Of a DNA stretch of 64,000 nucleotides, positions 1 to 9,513 are shown piece after piece; position 1 is the first letter of the stretch; each line of letters begins with the position of its first letter. Source of the DNA: a virus (taxonomy: Duplodnaviria; Heunggongvirae; Uroviricota; Caudoviricetes); the IMG/VR virus record IMGVR_UViG_2648501839_000008; one strand, 5' to 3'. The position numbers and the translations under genes were made by a program. Under the pieces are notes generated by a model. That model was not told the DNA's origin. It worked only from the letters and a program-made list of their open reading frames with translations, and made no database searches.

Positions 1-128
1 GAAAGAGTTGCGGCTGGCGATTGCCAGCCGCCTTTCTCGTTCCATCCTGGAACTGTGTCTTACCGACACATTGTCATCCTGACGCCGATAAGATACATGA
101 TTTAAAATGATAGGTAAACACTTACTTA

Positions 129-719
129 CTATTTGTTATAAACAAAACCAATATCTTTCTTGTGAGGCATATCTGCTGCTGAAAAAGCTGCGATCTTCGC
201 GAGTCGATCACATATTTCATTTTCACGATGCCCGGCGTGACCTTTAACCCACTTCCAGCGAACATTATGTCGACTTGCGGCCTCATCCAGACGCTTCCAC
301 AGATCAACATTCTTTACCGGTTTTTTGTCAGAAGTCATCCATCCATTGCGTTTCCACCATTTCATCCACTGTGTCATGCCGTTTTTCAGATACTGGCTAT
401 CAGAGTGCAAAATAACGTTGCATGGATATTTCAAACGCTCCAGCCCGATAAGTGCCCCCATCATCTCCATGCGGTTATTGGTGGTGCTATGAAAACCATC
501 TGAGAACTCGCGTTCCTCACCACGATACTGGAGAACGATACCGTAACCGCCCTGGCCACCCGGATTTTTAAGGCAAGAGCCATCACTAAAGATTTTCACG
601 GTTTTAAGCTGGGGATTGAACTCTACGACAGGCGTTGTGGGATTGGTGCGGGGAGAATTTTTGTTTTTGTCTTTTTTGCGAGTTTTTGCTTGCGATCGGG
701 CTGGTGTCTTCGTCGTCAT
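129..719 (-). CDS. rnhA: Ribonuclease H (RNase HI-like)
   Basis: Translation aligns by eye along RNase HI ([20 protein letters not shown]...[17 protein letters not shown]). Start placed at internal ATG 719-717 (MTTKT) because AGGAG lies 6 nt upstream; the ORF-track start at 803 adds 28 unsupported residues. Confidence 0.85.
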   Translation of the reverse strand: MTTKTPARSQAKTRKKDKNKNSPRTNPTTPVVEFNPQLKTVKIFSDGSCLKNPGGQGGYGIVLQYRGEEREFSDGFHSTTNNRMEMMGALIGLERLKYPCNVILHSDSQYLKNGMTQWMKWWKRNGWMTSDKKPVKNVDLWKRLDEAASRHNVRWKWVKGHAGHRENEICDRLAKIAAFSAADMPHKKDIGFVYNK

Positions 720-1300
720 ATAAACTCCTGAATCAAGCGCCGCGCCGATTTTTCCTCGCGCGTGCGCACACGCGTGCGTGTTAATAATTATTAAAATAAA
801 CAAATTACTTCCCAGAACAGGTTTTTATAAACCTGAACTGAACGAACGAAGTGAGTGAAGTTCACCTCGAACGAAGTGAGAGGTTGTCTTTTCAGGTAAT
901 ACTCTCCCAGGGAGGTGAGTATAAAATTCCTCACCAACCTGGTCGTTTCATAACCTGAAAAGCTATGGTCTAAGTCTACTGCCAGCTTAGACTTGGGAAG
1001 TTATGGATGACAGCACCCCAGAACCGAGATCTTCCCACACTTTATGAAGGGGAGTACTGGATTCAACCTCTCGAAACACCCCAGACTCGACAATCATAAA
1101 GTGACCCTTGTCTCTGCTCACTTTGGTTCCCCCTTCCCCGACACCTATACGGCACCGGTTCTACGCTGGTAGTGAGCTTTTTTAAACCTGACGCCAGTGA
1201 CGCTTACCCCCACCCATCAGGTCGAGCCTCCAGTCTACGACTGGAAACTATCAGATCTTAGCACTTACAATTCACTTTATGAACAGTTTGTACTTATCTA

Positions 1301-1531
1301 TCATTGTGATTGATTATTTTCTCGACCATGTAGTTGAACATTCAAGGCAAACACCTCATTGATCAACTCACCTAAAAGCTGTTCAACAAGTTCGCGATGC
1401 TCGCCAAGATGCAAGCACTTAATTGCCCACTCGTACAAGTTGAAAGCCTGCTCACGATCTTTCATCATTTCACGAGCCTGGGCCAGAAAATCGCTCTCTA
1501 CGAGCGCAACGACATTAGTCGGGTATGACAT
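1301..1531 (-). CDS. Hypothetical small protein
   Basis: ORF 1301..1555; preferred start ATG 1531-1529 is preceded by CCACTTTAAGGAAACCAAC, a variant of the conserved initiation box seen at other genes here. Confidence 0.45.
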   Translation of the reverse strand: MSYPTNVVALVESDFLAQAREMMKDREQAFNLYEWAIKCLHLGEHRELVEQLLGELINEVFALNVQLHGRENNQSQ

Positions 1532-1637
1532 GTTGGTTTCCTTAAAGTGGTTCATAAAATCGATTTTAAAGCGTCTGGGAAGGGGGTCTAGTGGATTCTG
1601 TAGTGATGTTCAGGTCTGGGAGTCTCTGATACAAAAC

Positions 1638-1696
1638 AGCCTGCTTCCGTATATTAATAATTAATATGTAGTTATTTATATATACAGAAGCAGGCT
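1638..1696. terminator. Long hairpin (17-bp arms around an AT-rich loop) downstream of the dam-like gene; near-identical copy at 48172-48230
   Basis: Inverted repeat AGCCTGCTTCCGTATAT ... ATATACAGAAGCAGGCT read directly from sequence. Confidence 0.5.
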
Positions 1697-1717
1697 AATT
1701 ACAGACGCCAGAGCAAA

Positions 1718-2311
1718 CTAAGCAGCCTTCTTTGATGGTCTTTTTTTCCTGATCACATTCGCAGGATCATACCCTCCCAGACTTTTCATGACGTCCAAAG
1801 GGATCTTGCTTATAGAGTGCCCAGCGTCCTGACAAAACCCTCGAAAAACAACGAGCATACTGCCACCGGGGTTGATGTTTACTTCTACCTGACCCAAATT
1901 GACGTCAGGCTCGACAAACGCAACGCGGCCACCAGACAGAATAATCGTCTCATTCGCATACTCTGTTGCACGCTCATACCACTTTGTATCGAGGGATTGA
2001 GGAATTAGCATCACTGTTGTAACTCCGCGAGCCTGCTCACGTATAGCCGCATCAATCCAGGGGGAGATTTTGGAGTAGGGTGGATTGAGGAAGGCAATTG
2101 TACCTGGCTGCCCCCATTCAGATTTCAAAGCATCGCGCTCAACGCCTATGAAAATAGGCAGCTTTGCATTGTCCTTGTTGCAGGCAACGTCAACATCAAA
2201 TGTCACTCCAAGATAACGTTGAATGGCAGAAAACAGCCAATCAGGTGTTCTCCAGAGGTCACGAAGAGAGTTGTCGCGCTTTCGCTGTTTGATTTTTTCG
2301 GCTGCAATCAT
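1718..2311 (-). CDS. dam: DNA N6-adenine methyltransferase (phage Dam-like)
   Basis: WRTPDWLF and NPPYS motifs typical of phage N6-adenine MTases; no restriction endonuclease partner in the window. Confidence 0.8.
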   Translation of the reverse strand: MIAAEKIKQRKRDNSLRDLWRTPDWLFSAIQRYLGVTFDVDVACNKDNAKLPIFIGVERDALKSEWGQPGTIAFLNPPYSKISPWIDAAIREQARGVTTVMLIPQSLDTKWYERATEYANETIILSGGRVAFVEPDVNLGQVEVNINPGGSMLVVFRGFCQDAGHSISKIPLDVMKSLGGYDPANVIRKKRPSKKAA

Positions 2312-2493
2312 CTTCTTTCTCGATAGGTAAGTGATTACCTATTTTTGCATTTGATTTTATGTATGGCAATCAAATAAAACGCGCCAGAAATGCGAACAAG
2401 AAGCTCTCTGGCGCGTTTTTGTGGTGCTGGGTATGGGTTAGCTTACCCAGCACTATAAAGCTCTCTATGGGCTTTATTTTCAGTAGGGGAACG

Positions 2494-3303
2494 TCATCCA
2501 ATAGTGTACTCCGCGACAAACTTCTTAACGATCGGTGATTCTTCGTTCAATGTTAGATTTCCACCGTCTCTAACAGCAATTCCTGTAGCTGGAAATACAG
2601 CCATCATTTGCCCAGCCTGAGTTGACGCAGTGTTAAGCGGATACGGTTTTTCTGGATTGCTCATTAAAGCAATCTTAATACTATTACTTGTAGCCTTCTT
2701 TTCTGTGAGAAGGTGTCTCATGGAAATTACCGTGTAAACACTAATATCTGGACCTCCGCTAAACCAATTAAGAAGGTTTAATATCTTATCCTTTGCTTTG
2801 ACAGGCGCGTTTTCGTAAGCGTCTAAGAAAATATCTTTTTCTAAGCCTGCTTTATTGAAAAACAAATCATCTTTATCACTTAAAGTAAAACGAGGACCTC
2901 TTGCAGTACGAGCTTTTTTATTTGTATTGCTATCATTTGACTGTTGAACTTTTAATTCATCATTAACCTCAACACACTCTTCAACCTCAATAAACCCCAA
3001 TTGTTCTGGCTCGTTTTCGGCAGATTCAACACTTTCAGCCTTAATTACGTTTATAGGCTCATGAGCTAACTCCAACTCATTTAAAGCGGAGCTGAAATCA
3101 CCTGCTTTTTCTTCATTGAACAGTTCTTCGGCAACATCATCAGAACTCATGGCTACGCCAGCATCGAGGCCGAGAAGCAGATCGTCAATATCATCAGTAT
3201 TTTCAACCTGTGCAGCTTTTTTTACTGGTTCATCAAGTGATTGCAACATGGCTGTCAGCTCATCCAGATCATCATTTGTCATTACATTTTCAACCGAACT
3301 CAT
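2494..3303 (-). CDS. Hypothetical protein with highly acidic N-terminal half
   Basis: 269-aa ORF; residues 1-120 are strongly D/E-rich. No recognisable catalytic motif. Confidence 0.6.
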   Translation of the reverse strand: MSSVENVMTNDDLDELTAMLQSLDEPVKKAAQVENTDDIDDLLLGLDAGVAMSSDDVAEELFNEEKAGDFSSALNELELAHEPINVIKAESVESAENEPEQLGFIEVEECVEVNDELKVQQSNDSNTNKKARTARGPRFTLSDKDDLFFNKAGLEKDIFLDAYENAPVKAKDKILNLLNWFSGGPDISVYTVISMRHLLTEKKATSNSIKIALMSNPEKPYPLNTASTQAGQMMAVFPATGIAVRDGGNLTLNEESPIVKKFVAEYTIG

Positions 3304-3463
3304 GTAAGTCTCCTTCTGTTTAGTTGCATTTGCGTTTCGATGGCTACATTTTGACTAAACCTATCAGGCGGAAAAGTATTAAATACAGGCAGGAAATGAT
3401 TGAAAGGCGACTGTTCTTTAAAAGAAAGCCTGCTTCAAACTCTCTTTAAAGCAGGCTTTTGTT

Positions 3464-4021
3464 TTACACAATTTCAGAGGGTAATTTAAAAAATCCGTAT
3501 TTATTACGTGCCTTAAAGAAGCATTGCATCATTAAGTTTGTGTCATATAAGGCACTATGTGCTTTGGCATGATCGTATATAAAGCCAAGAGAGAAGGCCA
3601 ATTCTTCAAGGCGAGGACGTTTACCGTCTTCTGTGGCCCACAATCCCGATAACATAGTATCTATAACGGGAACGTCTGGCAGTCTTACTCCATACCCTGA
3701 AAACTCGTGTCGAATAAATGGTATATCAAACGCTTCGCCGTTATGAGCAATCCACGCACTACATGCCCCCATATAAGCGCCAATTTCGCTGGCATGATTT
3801 GACAACAAAGGTTCAGCTGCGAGCTGTTCTAATGAAATGCCATGAACGGCTTGAGCTTTCGGATCTATGTTTCTGCGAGGGTTAAAACGCATCTCCAGAC
3901 TATCAATATGTCTCTGTGTCTCCAGTTCATAGCGGGTAATTGCGATTTCAATAATTTTATGACCAGCAAGGAAATCCAGTCCCGTAGACTCGATATCGAT
4001 GCCTGCAACAATCGTTGTCAT
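3464..4021 (-). CDS. DEDDh-family 3'-5' exonuclease (DnaQ-like)
   Basis: Exo I GIDIESTG, Exo II HNGEAFDIPF and Exo III HSALYDT motifs in the correct order. Confidence 0.8.
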   Translation of the reverse strand: MTTIVAGIDIESTGLDFLAGHKIIEIAITRYELETQRHIDSLEMRFNPRRNIDPKAQAVHGISLEQLAAEPLLSNHASEIGAYMGACSAWIAHNGEAFDIPFIRHEFSGYGVRLPDVPVIDTMLSGLWATEDGKRPRLEELAFSLGFIYDHAKAHSALYDTNLMMQCFFKARNKYGFFKLPSEIV

Positions 4022-4030
4022 CAGAACTCC

Positions 4031-4450
4031 TTACAACTTCTTAGCGCCCTTAAGTAGTGCGCTACGTACAAATTGAGCCGCTTTTTTCAAAGTTTCTTCA
4101 CTGGTTTCACAGACAATCGGATCTTTCCACTTACCTGACGCAGTGTTGAGAATATTGATTTGGTTGCTATCCAGACAAACAGAGATATAAAGCACCGTGC
4201 CACCAGCCAGCATCAAATGCATAGGAAACAGAGGCTTTTTACTGTCTTCACTGAACTGAGACATGGCGATGTTAATGGCTTCACCTACTTGTGCGCCAAC
4301 AAGCCCCTGCGCAGTTTCGAATATGGCACGAATAGCCAGGCGAGCCTCTCGATCGCTCATAAGCGACCGGGAATGTTCGTCCGCTACACGAATCAAAGCC
4401 TCTGTTGTTTTCCGATCCAGTTCATCTTCAAGCAACATTTCACTAAACAT
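4031..4450 (-). CDS. Hypothetical protein
   Basis: 139-aa ORF in operon context; no motif recognised. Confidence 0.5.
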   Translation of the reverse strand: MFSEMLLEDELDRKTTEALIRVADEHSRSLMSDREARLAIRAIFETAQGLVGAQVGEAINIAMSQFSEDSKKPLFPMHLMLAGGTVLYISVCLDSNQINILNTASGKWKDPIVCETSEETLKKAAQFVRSALLKGAKKL

Positions 4451-4511
4451 TTTTTATCCTTAACCCATTTTGAGAGTTTTATTGTCGCAATGTCGAAGAG
4501 GCGAACAATTT

Positions 4512-5156
4512 CTAATGAACGGTCACTCGGCCACAGAACCGGTTTTCTATCTTTTCTACAGCGTTATCTAGCATTCTCATCACTGATCTGGCTCTTGCTT
4601 CAACCGTGCGATATCGGTTGGAAACGACGAAGGTTTGCAGATCCCCCCTTTGCGGATGCAGGTGAATTTTTGTCAGTTCCCCGCACATCAACGCATCAAT
4701 ACGAGCGACATACAGACGGTCTAATGATGCTCGTTGTGACCGCAAGTAATCTCGCTCTGAGAGAGCGACCCCCGGGCGTAGGCCAGCAATGGCGTTAAAG
4801 TTTGAAATAGCAGTTTTGTGGCAAAACTTTTCGATATCGAGGGCTAACTCAATACATCGATCTTCATTGGTATGGCCGACCAAATCCAACGTGTAGGCCA
4901 TAACATCAGCAGGTGTGCGATCGATAACAAAGCCTTCAACACCACGCGTAAGTAGCTCTATATGCTTTGCTATTTCCATTTGAATCTGAAGCCGCTCATA
5001 TAGAGGCATAGACTCACCTACTCGAACACCGAGTCGGCTCATCAAACTTCCGACACCAGCATCCACGTAAGGGATTCCGTAATGTTTGTCGATATATTTT
5101 GCCAGGGTTGTTTTCCCACTGCCCTGAGCACCAGTGATCCCAATCCGGTAATCCAT
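4512..5156 (-). CDS. P-loop nucleotide kinase, putative deoxynucleoside monophosphate kinase
   Basis: N-terminal Walker A GITGAQGSGKTT; sits between DHFR and exonuclease genes in a nucleotide-metabolism block. Confidence 0.55.
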   Translation of the reverse strand: MDYRIGITGAQGSGKTTLAKYIDKHYGIPYVDAGVGSLMSRLGVRVGESMPLYERLQIQMEIAKHIELLTRGVEGFVIDRTPADVMAYTLDLVGHTNEDRCIELALDIEKFCHKTAISNFNAIAGLRPGVALSERDYLRSQRASLDRLYVARIDALMCGELTKIHLHPQRGDLQTFVVSNRYRTVEARARSVMRMLDNAVEKIENRFCGRVTVH

Positions 5157-5632
5157 TACGACCTTCTGTATACGATCTGCGAAAAGCCAGGCTCTTCCTC
5201 GCTGGCTCGTTGGGTAAAAACTGTTTCAACAGGCACAAAGCCTAAATTACGCATCATGCTTGCCGGGAAGAATGCATCGGCGTTTGGCACATCAACGCCG
5301 ATGTGGGAGAGCCAAATCTCTTCAACATGCGGCATGAATAGCGAGTAAATTTGTTCCCCGCCAATCACCCACACAGGCTCTGGTAATCGCAACACATCAT
5401 CCACACCAGCAGGGTAGAATCCATTTGGTACAAAGCCATGAGAGCGCGTCAAAACGAGGTTATGACGCTCTGGAAGAGGGCGTTTGAGACTTTCCATCGT
5501 TTTACGCCCCATAACGACAGTGGCTTTTTTGGTGAGTCTCTTAAATAGCTTCAGATCGGTAGAACAACGCCAGGGCAGTTCGTTCGCTATGCCGATCTCA
5601 TAGTTACGGCCAACAGCAGCTATCATCTTCAT
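5156..5632 (-). CDS. frd: Dihydrofolate reductase
   Basis: MIAAVGRNYEIG..LPW N-terminus and VIGG motif characteristic of DHFR. Confidence 0.85.
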   Translation of the reverse strand: MKMIAAVGRNYEIGIANELPWRCSTDLKLFKRLTKKATVVMGRKTMESLKRPLPERHNLVLTRSHGFVPNGFYPAGVDDVLRLPEPVWVIGGEQIYSLFMPHVEEIWLSHIGVDVPNADAFFPASMMRNLGFVPVETVFTQRASEEEPGFSQIVYRRS

Positions 5633-6042
5633 TTGCTCACCTCATAGATGACCGGTCTATGATGAGAGTCAGCTAAAGCGGCACGGAGTCGAGGATCGTG
5701 CACCAGCGCAGCGATAAGCAGATCGCCTTTATGCTCCGCTAATGTGCGCTTAATATGCTTCTCATAACTGGTGCCATTCGGTACGAGATGAAGCCAGTCG
5801 TAATCAACGCCAAAATCTTTCAGCCATCGTTTAGTGGGCGCTTCAAGAGTTTCAGAGCGGCTACTGATAAGCACCACTTCAGCCCCTGAGCGAGCAAAAC
5901 CACGCAACATACGGCTGGTGGGGAAAATGAGTTCATCACCGGCAATGAGCTGGCCTGCATCCGCGTCAGATACAGATTTACGATGGCTGGTATTTGCCAG
6001 CACACCTTCAATTTCGCATAAGACATACATACCTCTTGCCAT
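5629..6042 (-). CDS. Hypothetical protein, possibly HAD-like hydrolase
   Basis: ORF 5629..6090; start trimmed to ATG 6042 so it does not overlap the thyA stop. Weak HAD-like pattern (EIEGVL, VVLISSR); function call is tentative. Confidence 0.4.
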   Translation of the reverse strand: MARGMYVLCEIEGVLANTSHRKSVSDADAGQLIAGDELIFPTSRMLRGFARSGAEVVLISSRSETLEAPTKRWLKDFGVDYDWLHLVPNGTSYEKHIKRTLAEHKGDLLIAALVHDPRLRAALADSHHRPVIYEVSK

Positions 6043-6043
6043 A

Positions 6044-7174
6044 TCACACCGCCACTGGAACCTTGATCCACGGTAGAGGGTCATAGCCAAGAATCAGAAT
6101 ATCGTCCCATTTGAAATCATCCAGCTCAGACCATTCATGAGGGAAAATAACGACCGGATCTGAATGCTCTGGAGCCTGTCGTTTCATTAGCTCACACACA
6201 CCTTCCATGTGGTTGTTGTACAAATGCACGTCAAAGCCAAAATGTACAAATGCACCGGCCATGTGACCCGTAATCTTCGCGAGAAAATGAGTGAGAATGC
6301 CATAGCCAGCAATATTGAATGGCATACCAACAAAAGTGTCTACGCTACGCTGTACGAGGCAGGAGTTGAGGATGCGTTTGGGGATTCCAAGTTCATCCAG
6401 TTCAGTTTCAGTAACACTGCCGTCCATCTCCAGATCGTATAGCATCTTGGTGTAGATAGACTCATAACCGAGGCGACTGTGTTGAAGACCAATGTCAGTT
6501 GCCATCGTTAAACGGGTTTCAAAATCAAGCTCACGACTCCACAAAGAGAAGACAAAGTGGCAAGGTGGCAGTTTCATATCCTCAAGCTCGCCTACGTTCC
6601 ATGCGTTAAGCATGATACGACGATCGGTGGGGTTCGTGCGCAGTGTATCGACAATACGCTGTAGCTGATCGATTTCACGGGACAGCACTACGCGATCTTC
6701 ACTGATACCCAGGTATCCCTCGACTTTGTACCCGCGTTCACGGAAAGTATCGATCTTGCTCAGATATTCACTATGGCTCACGATGCGGGTATCTTCCCAT
6801 CGACGCCACTGCTTACCGTAAACCGGCCCCAAATCGCCATTCTCATCGGCCCATGCATCCCAAATCTTAACGCCGTTATCCTTGAGAAATTGGATGTTGC
6901 CCGTGCCTTTCAGATACCACTCAAGTTCGACAAGCAGTGGCTTAAGATTTACCGCCTTTCCAGAAATAAGCGGCACAGTCCCACCAGTAAGCATGTAGTA
7001 AGAGGGAACGTAGCAGGTGCTTAAAGTACCAGTGCCTGTGCGATCATCAGCCTGCACGCCGCTTTTAAGCACCGTCTCAATAACTTTTGCATACGATGCG
7101 TTTGTTACCTGACCGTTCGTATGCTCACGATTCAAAAGGAGTGACACAAAAACCTCACAAAGATAAGTAATCAC
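6044..7174 (-). CDS. thyA: Thymidylate synthase with two internal insertions
   Basis: DRTGTGT, WNV.ELEDM.LPPCH (catalytic Cys) and DVHLYNNH motifs. The 7174 start is GTG with no RBS; an alternative GTG at 7147 has GAGGT upstream. Confidence 0.9.
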   Translation of the reverse strand: MITYLCEVFVSLLLNREHTNGQVTNASYAKVIETVLKSGVQADDRTGTGTLSTCYVPSYYMLTGGTVPLISGKAVNLKPLLVELEWYLKGTGNIQFLKDNGVKIWDAWADENGDLGPVYGKQWRRWEDTRIVSHSEYLSKIDTFRERGYKVEGYLGISEDRVVLSREIDQLQRIVDTLRTNPTDRRIMLNAWNVGELEDMKLPPCHFVFSLWSRELDFETRLTMATDIGLQHSRLGYESIYTKMLYDLEMDGSVTETELDELGIPKRILNSCLVQRSVDTFVGMPFNIAGYGILTHFLAKITGHMAGAFVHFGFDVHLYNNHMEGVCELMKRQAPEHSDPVVIFPHEWSELDDFKWDDILILGYDPLPWIKVPVAV

Positions 7175-7318
7175 TTATTCATTAAGTGAGTTTACATTTA
7201 TTGAGGGAACAAGGCCAGATAGATAAAAAAATGGTGGCCATAGGCCACCAAAAACGAATAGTTGTTTCAGAAATTTAACGCGCCAACGCAATATACACAG
7301 ATAGATAACTACCTACAA

Positions 7319-8188
7319 TTATTTTTTGATCATTCCGTACATTGCTGAGGCTTTAGCTTGCTCAACAAAGGAGGATAAATCGACATCACTATAGGTTGGA
7401 GACTTCAGAATCTTTCCATCGGAAATTCGAAAACCGATCATCTTATCGGTGCCATCAGCATGGCGAAATCCCAGGTCAGAAGAGTCGTATTTGCAGTTGG
7501 CCACAGCATGGCGACGCTCTTCGGCATCTGCAGGCCATAATTTTGTCATGTTGGACCGATGAATTTCGCCAACCAGCTCGACGACATTGATACCGAGGAA
7601 ATCAGCCAGTCGATAGGTCATCATGCACGCCACATAGATTTTGTTCATTACACGGCGCAGTTCCTGAATCAGCTCAGAATCCTTAACAGTCTTGTTCTCA
7701 AGTTTATCTGCCAGCTCTTCGAGCATACATGACGCCTCACGAGCTTCCTGAAATGGCATTGCCATATCATCGAAAACAGTGTTACCAGGCACAAAAATTG
7801 TCTGCATAAAGCGATCAATGCTCTGTTCCTGCGTGTAATAGGTCATGCCGGTAGAAATACCACCTTTGATGGCGACCATCGTACCAACACCAACGTATAA
7901 AAAGTCGGCCATTGCATCCAGCAGTTGCTCAATATCCCCATTCATTGCGGCTGGAATACCTTCCACTACAGCTTCTTCATGAATCAGGCTTGCACGGAGA
8001 CGAAGCAGCTCTGGTGTCGGCATAACGCGTCTCGGATGCTGGAAGAGTTCATGAAACTGATCGACCATCTTGTAAATACTTTCAGTAGCTACACCATGAC
8101 CTTCATGCAACTCATATGGTTCTGGCTTAAATCCAATGAGTCGATCGGTGGCAAGTTTCAGGTGGTCAGTCAGTTTGGTAAAGTTCAT
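7319..8188 (-). CDS. Hypothetical protein, possibly MazG/HisE-like nucleotide pyrophosphohydrolase
   Basis: 289-aa ORF; EE..E...GD...L.D acidic pattern resembles the all-alpha NTP-PPase fold. Function tentative. Confidence 0.5.
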   Translation of the reverse strand: MNFTKLTDHLKLATDRLIGFKPEPYELHEGHGVATESIYKMVDQFHELFQHPRRVMPTPELLRLRASLIHEEAVVEGIPAAMNGDIEQLLDAMADFLYVGVGTMVAIKGGISTGMTYYTQEQSIDRFMQTIFVPGNTVFDDMAMPFQEAREASCMLEELADKLENKTVKDSELIQELRRVMNKIYVACMMTYRLADFLGINVVELVGEIHRSNMTKLWPADAEERRHAVANCKYDSSDLGFRHADGTDKMIGFRISDGKILKSPTYSDVDLSSFVEQAKASAMYGMIKK

Positions 8189-8265
8189 GCTAGTTTTGTT
8201 CCTTCTTAATTCTTGTGATCCATTGTGGCCCAGCGTTGCCAGGCCACATAATGCTTTGTATCGGT

Positions 8266-9408
8266 TTACAGGTCAGCAAACTGGCTTAGAGAAGCCTTAT
8301 CCACGGTAGAATCGATCTGACCTACCAGATATGTGCTTTGCTCTGCCTCTTGTGGTGCAATTTGCAGTGTGTCGGTTAACAACCACTTGTTCATCCAGAC
8401 CAGCGGATCGGTGGTAACCTCTGGAAATAAAGCCTTCAGGCCAAGACGATTCATAGCCAGATTGGTGCGGTATTTTACATAGGTTTTGAGAATATCCGCG
8501 TTTAAACCAATCATCGAACCGTCTTTGAAGAGATAGTCTGCCCAGTTCATTTCTTGTTCGGCGACTGATTTCATGGTGTCGTAAATGACGTTTTCTTCAT
8601 CAGCAGCAATCTCTTTCCACAATAAACCTTCGCGACCGGTACGCATGAAGCGGAGCATGCGTTCAGTTCCTTCGCAATGCAGAGCTTCATCACGGGCAAT
8701 AAAGCGCATAATTTTGGTGTTACCCTCAAGCAACTTCCGTTCGCCAAAGGCAAACGTACATGCAAAACTTACATAGAAACGGATCGCCTCAAGCGCATTA
8801 ATGGACACCAACGTGCGGAAAAGCTGACGGTGCAAAGGGTATGGCTCCCAGCCATATTCATTTACGTACAGACGTTCAAACTCCTTCTGACCTAACGACT
8901 GGCGCTCGCAGGTCATCCCATAAAGCCTGTCATATTCAGCAGAGATACTGATCGCTCGGTTGATGATTTCTTCATCCGTAACAATACCGTCAAAAACAAT
9001 GCTCGGATCGTCCACCATGCCACGAATAATGTGGGTGTAGCTGCGGCTATGGATAGTCTCAGAGAAAGACCATGTTTCAACCCACGTTTCCAGTTCAGGA
9101 ATAGAGATAAGCGGCAGCAACGTTGCATTTGGGCTACGTCCCTGAACTGAATCGAGTAACGTTTGATAACGGAGATTGCTCAGAAAAATGTGACGTTCGT
9201 GGTCCCGCAGCTTCGTGTTGAAGTCGATACGATCGCTCGAAATATCAACTTCTTCCGGCCGCCAGAAGAAAGACAATTGACGTTCAATCAACTTTTCAAA
9301 ATCACGGTATTTTTGCTGATCGTAACGTGCCACGTTGACAGATTGTCCGAGGAACATAGGCTCTTTGGTTGCATCATTAGCACCCAAACGGAACGTTGAA
9401 TATGACAT
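8266..9408 (-). CDS. nrdB: Ribonucleotide reductase class Ia small subunit
   Basis: Near-colinear with E. coli NrdB from MSYSTF onward ([44 protein letters not shown]). Start ATG 9408 is preceded by AAGGAAAAACAC; the ORF-track start at 9444 is rejected. Confidence 0.95.
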   Translation of the reverse strand: MSYSTFRLGANDATKEPMFLGQSVNVARYDQQKYRDFEKLIERQLSFFWRPEEVDISSDRIDFNTKLRDHERHIFLSNLRYQTLLDSVQGRSPNATLLPLISIPELETWVETWSFSETIHSRSYTHIIRGMVDDPSIVFDGIVTDEEIINRAISISAEYDRLYGMTCERQSLGQKEFERLYVNEYGWEPYPLHRQLFRTLVSINALEAIRFYVSFACTFAFGERKLLEGNTKIMRFIARDEALHCEGTERMLRFMRTGREGLLWKEIAADEENVIYDTMKSVAEQEMNWADYLFKDGSMIGLNADILKTYVKYRTNLAMNRLGLKALFPEVTTDPLVWMNKWLLTDTLQIAPQEAEQSTYLVGQIDSTVDKASLSQFADL

Positions 9409-9513
9409 GTGTTTTTCCTTTTGCTTTTTGATGTGTTTAAACAAGTTGTTATCTTATTTGTTTAAACAAGGCTTACAAATCAAAGAGAAGGTGGGGATAT
9501 ACCCCACCATATG

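Noticed and set aside
4160-4798. 212-aa plus-strand ORF
   Set aside because: Antisense to the kinase and hypothetical genes, no RBS, biased composition; nested in well-supported minus-strand CDS.
8188-8266. Weak variant of the initiation box upstream of gene 7319..8188
   Set aside because: Only partial match (CATGCTAGTTTTGTTCC); not counted among the conserved set.
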